Source of the DNA: Octopus sinensis
Lineage: Eukaryota
Length of the DNA stretch: 64,000 bases
Reading direction: 5' to 3'
Assembly: GCF_006345805.1 (NCBI RefSeq)
Contig: NC_043002.1
Coordinates: 20,336,001-20,400,000 of the forward strand
Positions 52,184 to 63,900 of the stretch are shown here, piece by piece (within the stretch, counting starts at the first letter, position 1; each line of letters begins with the position of its first letter). Both the position numbers and the translations under genes were made by a program. The notes beneath the pieces are model-generated. The model searched no databases. It was not told where the DNA came from and was given only the letters and a program-made list of their open reading frames with translations.

Positions 52184-52620
52184 GTGTTTGTCTTCGTCCG
52201 TTTGAATTCTTCTCTATCTTCGATTCTGCATTTCACTTTCTTTTCTTCACTCTTTTTCTCTATATCTTTCACCGTTTCTATTTTCTCTTTTTTTTTCTTT
52301 TTGCATCTGCCTCTCTCTCTCTCTCTTTTTCTCTCTTCCCTTCTGCCTTTTCCCGTCCTTTTGTATTTTTCTTTGTCTTTGATTAGGCCTCTCTTTCTCT
52401 TGCTATATATATTTTTTCCTTTTGTTTATATTCTTTATCATTGATTCTCTCCCTCTTCTCTCTCTCCCACACATACATATATTGTCCCCCTGTGATAAAG
52501 CCTTTCTCACCCTCTCTCTGTATTCTATCCGTCACTTTGTTGTATTCTTCTCTCTATTTTCTTGTCTTCTGTTTGTGTTTCTAACGACTTCTCACACAAC
52601 TTTGCTTGTCTGTTTATCTA
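51950..52620. repeat. CT-rich (polypyrimidine) low-complexity tract
   Basis: (CT)n and T-rich runs; the long Leu/Phe/Ser ORFs here are compositional. Confidence 0.85.
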
Positions 52621-53328
52621 ATCTTTTATTTTCCGCAGTTCTTCTTTCGTCGTCAAGTGAACCAAACTTATGTTAGGTCAACAAACAACAGCCTCTCGAA
52701 ACGGAAGAGCTTCGGAAATGGATGAAACGTTTTCGTAGGAAGGACCTACGACAACCTTACGTAATGAGATAGATAGAGAGATAGAGAGAGAGATGCAGTT
52801 ACATGCACATACAACATGCATACATACATGCACACACACACACGTGTATATATGCTTGCATACATATTTGTGTAAAGAGAGAACAATTTGTTTGTTTTTT
52901 TTTTGTAACATTAAATATGTGAGGAGAGGTGCGGATGCATGGCTTAGTGTTTAAGGTGTTTGACTTACCATCATAAGATTCTAGGTTCAATTCCTGTATC
53001 GGGAAGCACATTGTATTCTTATGCACAGCAATTCATTCTTCGTTACTCCAGTCTAATCCATTGTAATAAGTACCAGCCAGAGTCCTAGTGCAGCTCTTTC
53101 TTCCTCCAGCTGTCACATCGTTCGTACTCCAGGGTGAGTCAAGGGTGAGGGGAACAGGGCGGTGACTATGTTTACACGCAGACATCAGTGAATGGCTAAG
53201 AAGTTCGCTTTGCAACCACATGTCTTTAGGGTCAGTGATTGGATGAGTGATTACAACAATCACCCCGAGCTCACAAGAGCCTTTGTGAGGGAAAATGGTG
53301 GCTGCAATGTGTGTGCGTGTGTGTGTGC

Positions 53329-53453
<125 letters not shown>

Positions 53454-53799
53454 GTTAGAGCATCGAGCTTACGATCGTGAGGTTGTGAGCTCGAATCCCG
53501 GACCGGGCTGCGTGTTGTGTTCTTGAGCAAAACACTTTATTTCACGTTGCTCCAGTTCACTCAGCTGTAGAAATGAGTTGCGACGTCACAGGTGCCAAGC
53601 TGTATCGGCTCTTGCCTTTCCCTTGGATAACATCGGTGACGAGGAGAGGGGCAGCCGGTATGCATGGGCGACTGCTGGTCTTCCATAAAAAAACAACCTT
53701 GCCCAGACTTGTGCCTCAGAGGGTAACTCTCTAGGTGCAAACCCATGGTCAGTGTCGTGGCCGAAGGGGGTCACTATATATATATATATATTATATATA

Positions 53800-54775
53800 T
53801 ATATATATATATGTATGTAATTCAATGTGTGCGTGCGCGCGCGCGTGTTTCCTCTGCACGGCCAAACCGCTGGATCAATCTGTGCAAAATTTGACATTAC
53901 TCGGGGAAGGTTCTAGGGGGTTCAAATTTTGTCCCTTGCCCACATATCCGCCCCCCCCCACCACCACCACCACGACCCTTCCATTTTTTTTTCAGCGGTA
54001 TAATATTGTTTCAGTTTTATTCTTTCACTTTTGATAAGACTATATTGTTTATACTACATACATACAACAGCTTAAAAAAGAGAGAGATTAATGTATAATT
54101 TTTTCTACGTTCATAATTTTTTGTTTACAATTATTGAAAGATGCCTCCAAAAAGATGTTATCTCTCCAGAAACAATTATAAAACAAGGAGGATTGTAGAA
54201 AACCGAAGGCAAGAGTCTCAAGGAGGTGAGACTTTCTCGAGATCAGCAAATGCATGTTGCAGCACATCAAATGGAGTCTCAAGAGAGACGGGAAATGAAA
54301 CTTTCTCAGCATCAGCAAAGGCATGCTGCAGCATGTTGGATGGAGTCTCAATACAGAAGCGAGATGAGACTTTCCTAAAATCAGCAAATGCAAGCTGCAG
54401 CACGTCAAATGGAGTCTCAAGAGAGAAGGAAAATGGAATTTCCCCACAATCAGCAAACGTGTATTGCAGCTCATCAAATGGAGTCTCAAGAGAGAAAGGA
54501 GATGAGACTTTGCCAAGATCAGCAACTGCATTTTGCAGCACATTAAATGGAGTCTCAAGACAGAAGCGAGATGACACTTTCTCAACATCAGCAAAGGCAC
54601 ATTCCATGAAGTCTCAATGCAGAAGGGAAAATGAGACTTTCCCAAGATCATGAAATGCAAGGTGCAGCACATCAAATAGACAGAAGCAAGATGATACTTT
54701 TTCAAGATCAGCAAACATATGCTGTAGCACGTCACATGGAATCTCAATACAAAAGGAAGATGTATATACCGTAGC
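53800..54775 (+). mobile_element. Degenerate Helitron 5' fragment encoding an N-terminal STPR-like 23-aa repeat
   Basis: 5' motif tgcacggccaaaccgctggatcaatc; ATG at 54141 (MPPKRCYLSRNNYKTRRIVENRRQESQ); gagtctcaa anchors at 54274, 54343, 54412, 54481, 54550 (exact 69-bp period) translating ESQERREMKLSQHQQRHAAACWM-like units with stops. Confidence 0.7.
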
Positions 54776-54822
54776 GGATCTATTTTTAGTGCTAGAGTCG
54801 ACCACATAGTGGTCACTCTTAA

Positions 54823-56290
54823 CCTTCCGAACGTGGCCGTAGCCAGTACCGCATCGACTGGCCTCCGTGCTGTGAGCACGTAACAAACACCATCCGATCG
54901 TGGCCGTTGGCCAGCCTCATCTGGCACCTGTGTCGGTGGCACATAAAAACACCATCCGAAGACCCGGCAAGACTAGTCAGGCCATAACCCGTGGCCACTA
55001 ACTGGGACGTAGTCAGTCCACCTGTGCATACCTTCCTCTTGTGACACTTGTGAAGACCTGTTGAGGCAAGTGAAAATCAAAATCAAAATCAAAACAAATC
55101 AAAATAGATGAACATCAATGGAATTTGTATCTTTGTGGTACCAGTGCCGGTGGCACACAAGAAAACCATCCGAACGTGGCCGTAGCCAGTACCGCATCGA
55201 CTGGCCTCCGTGCCGTGGGCACGTAACAAACACCATCCGATCGTGGCCATTCGCCAGCCTCATCTGGCACCTGTGTCGGTGGCACATAAAAACACCATCC
55301 AAAGACCCGGCAAGACTAGGCACCTGTGTCAGTGGCACATAAAAACACCATCCGAAGACCCGGCAAGACTAGTCAGGCCATAACCCGTGGCCCCTACCTG
55401 GGATGTAGTCAGTCCACCCGTGCATACCTTCCTTCTTGTGACACTTGTGAAGACCTGTTGAGGCATGTGAAAATCAAAATCAAAATCAAAATCAAATCAA
55501 AACAAATCAAAATAAAAAAAAAATAGATGAACATCAATGGAATTTGTATCTTTGTGGTACCAGTGCCGGTGGCACACAAGAAAACCATCCGAACGTGGCC
55601 GTAGCCAGTACCGCATTGACTGGCCCCCATGCTGTGGGCACGTAACAAACAAAACCACCATCCGAAGACCCGGCAAGACTAGTCAGGCCATAACCCGTGG
55701 CCCCTACCTGGGACGTAGTCAGTCCACCCGTGCATACCTTCCTTCTTGTGACACTTGTGAAGACCTGTTGAGGCAAGTGAAAATCAAAATCAAAATCAAA
55801 ACAAATCAAAATAGATGAACATCAATGGAATTTGTATCTTTGTGGTACCAGTGCCGGTGGCACACAAGAGAACCATCCGAACGTGGCCGTAGCCAGTACT
55901 GCATCGACTGGCCTCCGTGCTGTGGGCACGTAACAAACACCATCCGATTGTGGCCATTCGTCAGCCTCACCTGGCACCTGTGTCGGTGGCTCATAAAAAC
56001 ACCATCCGAGCGTGGCCGTCTGCCAGCCTCGTCTGGCACCTGTGTCGGTGGCACATAAAAAACACCATCCGAGCGTGGCCGTTCGCCAGCCTCGTCTGGC
56101 ACCTGTGTCGGTGGCACATAAAATCACCCACTACACTCTCGGAGTGGTTGGCGTTAGGAAGGGCATCCAGCTGTAGAAACACTGCCAGATCTGACTGGCC
56201 TGGTGCAGCCTTCGGGCTCCCCAGACCCCAGTTGAACCGTCCAACCCATGCTAGCATGGAAAGCGGACGTTAAATGATGATGATGATGAT
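54823..56290 (+). mobile_element. Tandem array of RTE-type 3' UTR segments ending in a normal family D terminus
   Basis: Anchor gtgaaaatcaaaatc at ~55070, 55467, 55777; repeated junction accatcc|(g/a)aagacccggcaagact. Confidence 0.85.
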
Positions 56291-56394
56291 GATGATATAT
56301 ATATATATATATATATATACACATGTATGTATACACACATATCTATATATTATATATATAAGAATATTATATATATAAATATATAGGTGCTCTT

Positions 56395-57160
56395 AGCACT
56401 GGTGCTGCTAGTGGAGCGCTAAGAGCACCATCTGAGCGTGATTGTTGCCAGAGCGGCTAATTGGCTTTCATGCCAGTGGCATGTATAAAGCACTATTCGA
56501 GCGTGATCGTTTCACGTGCCACCAGCACAAGTGCTAGTAAGGCGATGCGGTAACAATCACGCTCGAATGGTGTGCTTAACGTGCCTTCAGCACAAAGGCC
56601 AGCTTGTTGCTCTGGCAACGATCTCTTAGCACTCCACTAGCCATGGATGTCAGTCACCGAGTTTGATTTCGACTTCGATTTCACTTGCCTCAACTGGTTT
56701 CGCAAGCAGAGTTTAGTGTCCAATGAAAAAAGCACGCATAAGTGGACTGGTTACACCCCTAGCGTAGGCCACAAGGTTATGATCTCACTTGCGCTTACCA
56801 AGTCTTCTACAGCACAGCATATTTCCAGAGGTCTCGGTCACTAGTCATTGCCTCGGTGAGATCTAATGTTTGAAGGTCATGCTTCACTACCTCATCCCAG
56901 GTCTTCCTGGGTCTACCTCTTCCACCGGTTCTCTCAACTGTTAGGGTGTGGCACTTTTTCACACAGCTATCGACATTCATTCTCGCCACATGACCATACT
57001 AGTGCAGTTGTCTCTCTTGCACACCACATCTGATGCTTCTTAGGTCCAACCTTTCTCTCAGGGCACTAACATTCTGTCGTGTATGCACACTGGCATTACA
57101 CATCCATTGGAGCATGCTGGCTTTATTCCTTGCGAGCTTACGCATATCCTCAGCAGTCAT
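56395..57160 (-). mobile_element. 5'-truncated RTE-clade LINE (ORF C-terminus plus part of 3' UTR)
   Basis: ...YGHVARMNVDSCVKKCHTLTVERTGGRGRPRKTWDEVVKHDLQTLDLTEAMTSDRDLWKYAVLEKTW*, a typical RTE RT C-terminal GRPR.TW motif. Confidence 0.85.
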
Positions 57161-57179
57161 ACATATATATATATATATA

Positions 57180-57897
57180 TATCATCAGCAGCATCATCAT
57201 CATTTAATGTCCGCTTTCCATGCTAGCATGGGTTGGACGATTTGACTGAGGGCTGGTAATTCAGATGGCTGCACCAGGCTCCAATCTGATATGGCAGAGT
57301 TTCTACAGCTGGATGCCCTTTATAACACCAATCACTCCGAGAGTGTAGTGGGTGCTTTTACGTACCACTGGCACGAGGGCCAGTTTGGTGGTACTGGCAA
57401 CGGCCACGCCCAAATGGTGCTTTTTACGTGCTACATGCACAGGAGCCAGTCCAGTGACAGTGGCAACAACCTCTCTCAAATGTTTTTCATGTGCCACCAG
57501 CACAAGTGCCAGTAAGGCAACACAGGTAACAAGTACTCTCAAATGGTTCTTTTTACGGGTCACCGGCATGGAAGCCAGTTTGTTGCACTGGCAACAATCA
57601 TGCTTGGATGGTGCTCTTAGCGCCCCACTAGCACGGATGCCAGTCATCGAATTTGATTTCGATTTCACTTGCCTCAACAGGTCTTCGCAAGCAGAGTTTA
57701 GTGTCCAATGAAGAAAAGGCATGCATAAGTGGACTGGTTACAGCCCTAGCATAGGCCATAAGGTTATGGTCTCACTTGGCTTGTCGAGTCTTCTCAATCA
57801 CAGCATATTTCCAAAGGTCCTGGTCACTAGTCATTGCCTTGGTGATGCCCAATGTTCGAAGGTCATGCTTCACCACCTCATCCCAGGTCTTCCTGGG
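57180..57897 (-). mobile_element. 5'-truncated RTE-clade LINE with complete 3' UTR
   Basis: PRKTWDEVVKHDLRTLGITKAMTSDQDLWKYAVIEKTRQAK* followed by subrepeats and the family D terminus. This links all family D copies to an RTE LINE. Confidence 0.85.
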
Positions 57898-58393
57898 ATG
57901 AGATACACATACACATCCACACACTCACACACACATACACATACATATACATACATACACACATGCACAAACACACACGTGTGCGTGCACATACACACAT
58001 ATACACACACTCATACATACATATAAGTAAGTGTGTATGTGTATATGCATGTTTATAAGTATCTATTAATAAGCGTACATATCAATAGATACTTATGATC
58101 AATATGACAGAGTCAATAGTGGTCAATAGATGTTTCACTTATGGTAATTAGAGCAGGTTGTGATGCATGGTTTTTGTAAAGATAGCAGAATTGTTGGTAA
58201 TTGTAGTAATGGTGGTTGTGGAGGTGGGGGCGGTAGGGGTGGCAGCGGCAGCTGTAGTGTTGATGTTGATGGCGGAGAAAGAGTGGCTGGAGATATCTAC
58301 AATAATGTCTTTGATGTTTCAAAGATATTGATTTCAATTATCATTCACATTTAACCTGAATAACACAAAATATATGTACCTCATTCGGTCACT

Positions 58394-58434
<41 letters not shown>

Positions 58435-58436
58435 AG

Positions 58437-58461
<25 letters not shown>

Positions 58462-58468
<7 letters not shown>

Positions 58469-58722
58469 GAAATGAGGTACTCAGAAAATCGGATGGTTTA
58501 TATTTACAGATATTTATTTGTATATAACATTTTTTATATATATCATATAACTTAGATTGAAAACCCCACTAGAATGGGAGAAAGCGCTAATACATGATCT
58601 AAGTTATATATTAAAAAAATATTAAGATATATATTAAGATATATATTAAAAAAATGTAATATACAAATAAATATTTGTAAATATAAACCATCCGATTTTC
58701 TGAGTACCTCATTTCTTCTAAT
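58462..58722. mobile_element. Fold-back element between (TA)n tracts
   Basis: ~74-bp arms attagaagaaatgaggtactcagaaaatcggatggttt... with 2 mismatches; inner IR aacttagat / atctaagtt. Confidence 0.85.
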
Positions 58723-58725
58723 ATA

Positions 58726-58791
<66 letters not shown>

Positions 58792-58888
58792 TTATCAGTA
58801 ACAATGAAGGTGAAATTAATTAATTTGGAATAATTATCAATTACACCAAGTAGATTTCGGCATGTAAAAGCCTCATTCGAGGAAAATT

Positions 58889-59037
58889 TAAGTAATACTA
58901 AGCAATAAGGGTTTAGCAACGAATTGCCTTACCACACACCGAATTTAGAAGGAATAGCTATATCTCTTTGACTGCTATTTCTAAATTCGGTGTGTGGTAA
59001 GGCAATTCGTTGCTAAACCCTTAATTGCTTAGTATTA

Positions 59038-59041
<4 letters not shown>
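58889..59041. repeat. ~150-nt near-perfect palindrome
   Basis: 62-bp arms taagtaatactaagcaat(t)aagggtttagcaacgaattgccttaccacacaccgaatttagaa with one indel; 28-bp spacer. Confidence 0.9.
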
Positions 59042-59089
<48 letters not shown>

Positions 59090-59607
59090 TGCATGTATAT
59101 ATGTATACATGTGTGTGTGTGAACTTGTGCATATGTATGTGTGCATGTTTATGAGTGGCTGTTTGGATGTGTGTTTGCGCACCAGCTGATGTCTTTGATG
59201 TCAAGATACATTGACAGCTCAGCTCCATGCTACTCCAGCTTTCAGTTAAATTAAAATTGCTCATACAAAGGATCAGGATTTATAAACACATTTCTGTCCA
59301 GTCTCAACAGATTTTCTATACTCATCACATCAATACAAACTACCTACAGCTTTCTTCTTACTCCTTACTTAAACATATATATATATATATATCTGTGCCT
59401 CCCCTGGCACTTGTACTGGTGGCACATAAAAAGCACCTACTACACTCATGGAGTAGTTGGCGTTAGGAAGGGCATCCAGCTGTAGAAACACTGCCAGATC
59501 AGACTGGAGCCTGGTGCAGCCTCCTGGCTTCCCAGACCCTGGTCGAACCGTCCAACCCATGCTGGCATGGAAAACGAATGTTAAACAATGATGATGATGA
59601 TGATGAT

Positions 59608-59676
<69 letters not shown>

Positions 59677-60579
59677 TGTGTGTGTGTCATTTGCTTGGTA
59701 TCAAGAGTGAAATCTTTTCACTGCCAATGCAATATGAACTCTTAATGCCTTTTTCACTCCTCAGTCATTAGAGTATCAAGCAAAATGTCTGGTGATGTTT
59801 TTTCCAGATCTTTCAGTTCTGATTTACTACCATCTTTCATTTCTTTAACTTCTCTCTCCTTTAAGGGTCTCTGTTCTATTGAAAGTTTTGAGGGTTTTCA
59901 TTAATATGCTGACTTTTAACCTTGGCTTTAAGTAACAATGGAAAGCCAGACACAGCATTGCTTTCTTTCTTTTTTTTTTTTTCTTGACTTTGGTCAGTTT
60001 CCACCTTTGATCTGTGTTTATAAAATCACTGAAAATTTCTTTACTACTTTTAATGCTAGTTGGTTGTTTAATGGGTAGAGATTTTTTGAATAAGAAACAT
60101 TATCAGCCCTGATTCAAATAAAAACAGAATACTGCATGGTAAACCATGTAGTATTCTGTGTTCTAACACAACCTCCATGTTAAGTTGGGGATTAAGATTA
60201 CTTGGTAGTATTAATACTGTTTCTGTCACTATTAATAATTTTTTAATTAGCCCAATGGCTATTTGCAATACCAATGCCTGAATAGACACTGAGATTTTAT
60301 ATATCATTGATGGGAGATTCACCCGTTATCAGGTTGCTGGATGTCTGTCACTGAGGAACCCATAGTAGGTTGAAATCACATGATCTGGCAGTTCTGGCAA
60401 CCATAGCAGATGATTCTCATATGTTCAATGATATGATTACCTGAACTTTTATGCACCATGAGTCCTTATGAGAGAGTCTCTCAAAGTAAATAACATATTA
60501 TTCTGTGTTTTAACACAACCACATGTTAAGGTGGAGATCAAAATTACCTTTTCATATTAATATTACTTCTGTTGCCAAG

Positions 60580-61000
60580 GTGGCAAGCTAGCAGAAATGT
60601 TAGCACTCTGGGCAAAATGCTTAGTGGTATTTCGTCTGTCTTTGCGTTCTGAGTTCAAATTCTGCCGAGGTTGACTTTGCCTTTCATCCTTTCGGGGTCG
60701 ATAAATTAAGTACCAGCTATGCACTGGGGTCGATGTAATCGACTTAATCCCTTTGACTGTCCTTGTTTGTCCCCTCTGTGTTTAGCCCCTTGTGGACAAT
60801 AAAGAAATAAGAAACATTAGCACTCTGGGTAAAATGCTTAGCAGTATTTCGTGTCTTTACATTCAGAGTTCAAATTCCACCAAGGCCAACTTTGCCTTTC
60901 ATCTTTTCAGAGTTGATAAATTAAGTACCCATTGCACAACAGGGTCAATCTGATCAACTGGCACCCTCCCCAAAAATTACAGGCCTTGTGCCTAGAGGAG
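60580..61000 (+). mobile_element. SINE family B, tandem form with alternative junction
   Basis: Junction aaagaaata|agaaacattagcac. Confidence 0.75.
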
Positions 61001-61099
61001 AAAAGAATATAGCTTCTGTTGCTAAAAGGAGACGTGTGGGACGGAAAATTATCGAAGAGGTCACAGAATGTATGATGAAAGAACTCTGACAAATAAATA

Positions 61100-61129
61100 T
61101 TAATAATAATAATAATGATAATAATGATG

Positions 61130-61212
<83 letters not shown>

Positions 61213-61303
61213 ATAATAATGATGATGATAATGATTGATAATAATAAATAATAATAATAATAATGATATGATAATAATAATAATAATAATAATGATAATA
61301 ATA

Positions 61304-61334
<31 letters not shown>

Positions 61335-61391
61335 TATAATAATAATAATAATGATAATAATAATAATATAATGATGATGATGATGATAATG

Positions 61392-61431
<40 letters not shown>

Positions 61432-61496
61432 TATTAATAATAATAATAATAATAATAATGATATTAATAATAATAATAATAATAATGATGATGATG

Positions 61497-61562
<66 letters not shown>
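61100..61562. repeat. Expanded (AAT/GAT)n microsatellite
   Basis: Direct reading. Further tracts at 61879-62000 and 62295-62480. Confidence 0.95.
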
Positions 61563-61563
<1 letters not shown>

Positions 61564-61874
61564 CTCTCAAAATACAAAGACCTGGAATAGAGGTAACTAG
61601 AATGTGGAACCTGAAAACAGAAACAATTCCTATCATAGTAGGTGCATTAGGCACATGATAAAAAATATTCAGACACAATACATAACAAAAACACCAGGAC
61701 TTACAAACACATATAACATACAGAAAATTGCACTACTAGGCACTGCACACATCCTACGCAGAACACTTTCCATACAATAACCATCAGAGCATCACAACAA
61801 ATCACAGCACATACCCAAGGCACACAGAGCTGCGCTCGGTAGTGAAGTGAAAGCACGCTATAAAAATAAAAGTA

Positions 61875-61878
<4 letters not shown>
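61563..61878 (+). mobile_element. 5'-truncated R4/Dong-clade LINE (RLE C-terminus), second lineage
   Basis: LSKYKDLE(I)EVTRMWNLKTETIPIIVGALG...IQKIALLGTAHILRRTLSIQ* (frameshifts), ~100-bp 3' UTR, (AAT)n on both sides. Confidence 0.85.
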
Positions 61879-61925
<47 letters not shown>

Positions 61926-61939
61926 TAATAATAATAATG

Positions 61940-62006
<67 letters not shown>

Positions 62007-62291
62007 TGGTTGTCTCTGGTGAGACTTGGAGTCAACTTGTACAAATATAAAGCAAAAGTTAAACATAAAATAATAATAATCTCTTCTACTATAGGCACAA
62101 AGCCTGGAATTTGTGGGGAGGGGGATAGACGATCACATCGACCTAGTACTTGACTGGTTCTTAATTTATTGACCACAAAAGGATGAAAGGCAAAGTCAAC
62201 CTCAGTGGAATTTGAACTCAGAACATAACAACAGGCGAAATACCGCTAAGCATTTCGTCAAGTGTGCTACTGATTCTGCCAGCTCGCCACC

Positions 62292-62377
<86 letters not shown>

Positions 62378-62479
62378 AATAATAATAATGATAATAATAA
62401 TAATGATAATAATAATAATGATAATAATAATAATAATAATAATGATAATAATAATAATGATAATAATAATAATAATAAC

Positions 62480-62855
62480 AATAATAAAACTACACACTGT
62501 CCAAAAAATAGCCCTAGGAAAGGCCCACATCCTACACAAGACACTATCAATCCAATAATACAACCTAAACAAAACCACCCACCAATACAAAACACGCTCT
62601 ATATAGCATTTACCCAGTGAAATAAACTCCCACCAGCAATCCAGAAGACCAAAGCATTACACACTCAACACACAATAGAAGAAGTAACACAACAAAAGAC
62701 TGCACCACACAGCAAGAGGAAAGAAAAACTTACACAATACAGTACTAGGAAGAGTTAGCACACTCCCAATGGCAGAAAAGAACACAAAATGCTGTACACA
62801 CCCCAACAACATGGAAGTAGAAATTTGCCGCAAACTATCAAATGTTGAACAATTA
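62480..62855 (+). mobile_element. Very short R4/Dong-clade LINE 3' fragment
   Basis: IKLHTVQKIALGKAHILHKTLSIQ* followed by a ~300-bp A/C-rich 3' UTR, flanked by (AAT)n. Confidence 0.65.
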
Positions 62856-63499
62856 TATAATAATAATGATAAAGTGAAGATCAAATAGTGCATGTGTTTA
62901 ATTGGCGAAAGATGACCATCCCCAAATATAACAACATACCATCATCATCATCATCATCATCATCGTTTAACGTCCACTTTCCATGCTAGCATGGGTTGGA
63001 CGATTTGACTGAGGACTGGCGAACCAGATGGCTGCGCCAGGCTCCAATCTTGATCTGGCAGAGTTTGTACAGCTGGATGCCCTTCCTAATGCCAACCACT
63101 CCGAGAGTGTAGTGGGTGCTTTTACATGCCACCAGCATGAGGGCCTTATATATATATATATATGTATACATTGTTTGATCAATAAATATCCGGACTGTTA
63201 CCATAGTAACTAAGCTAAAACATGCAGAGTGAAACCACATGGCACAGATTGATCTTGAAGTCTGCTGTGCATGCACACTAAGTTTTAATATTCTAGCTCA
63301 CTTCTGCTGTTTACAGCAGTGCATGGAAGGAAGATGTGTAGCATGTGTTTGTTGCATTGGCCATGACAGAAAGCTGAGCAGACAATCGGCTTCAAATTTT
63401 GCCGAAAGCTTAGTCATACCTGTTCAGAGACCTATGCAAAGTTTTCAAAAGATTTTCATCGTTCTCGACACAATCAAGGAGAACTTGCGCAACTAAAAC

Positions 63500-63900
63500 C
63501 CATTTCTTTACTACCCACAAGTGGCTAAACACAGAGAGGACAAAGAAACTGATTAAGTCGGTTATATCGACCCCAGGGCGTAACTGATACTTATTTAATC
63601 TACCCCCGAAAGGATGAAAGGCAAAGTCAACTTCGGCAGAATTTGAACTCAGGACATAGCGGCAGACGAAATACCTATTTTTTTACTACCCACAAGGGGC
63701 TAAACACAGAGAGGACAAACAAGGACAGACAAACTGATTAAGTTGATTATATCGACCCCAGTGCGTAACTGGTACTTATTTAATCTACCCCGAAAGGATG
63801 AAAGGCAAAGTCGACCTCGGCGGAATTTGAACTCAGAACATAGCGGCAGACGAAATACCGCTAAGCATTTCACCCAGTGTGCTAACGTTTCTGCCAGCTC
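63500..63900 (-). mobile_element. SINE family B, tandem form
   Basis: Junction gacgaaatacc|tatttttttactacccac as at 44430. Confidence 0.85.

Noticed and set aside
51745-52444. Hydrophobic 213-aa and 135-aa ORFs resembling membrane proteins
   Set aside because: Derived from (CT)n/T-rich low complexity.
54088-54942. 284-aa minus-strand ORF and the 170-aa plus ORF as genuine proteins
   Set aside because: Antisense and off-frame readings of the 69-bp repeat; the STPR-like frame contains stops.
54823-56130. CRISPR-like repeat/spacer array
   Set aside because: The 'spacers' are themselves homologous subrepeats of an RTE 3' UTR; eukaryotic context and no cas genes.
61100-61678. 192-aa and neighbouring poly-Ile/Tyr/Met/Asn ORFs
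   Set aside because: Translations of (AAT/GAT)n; only the short Dong-like segment is meaningful.
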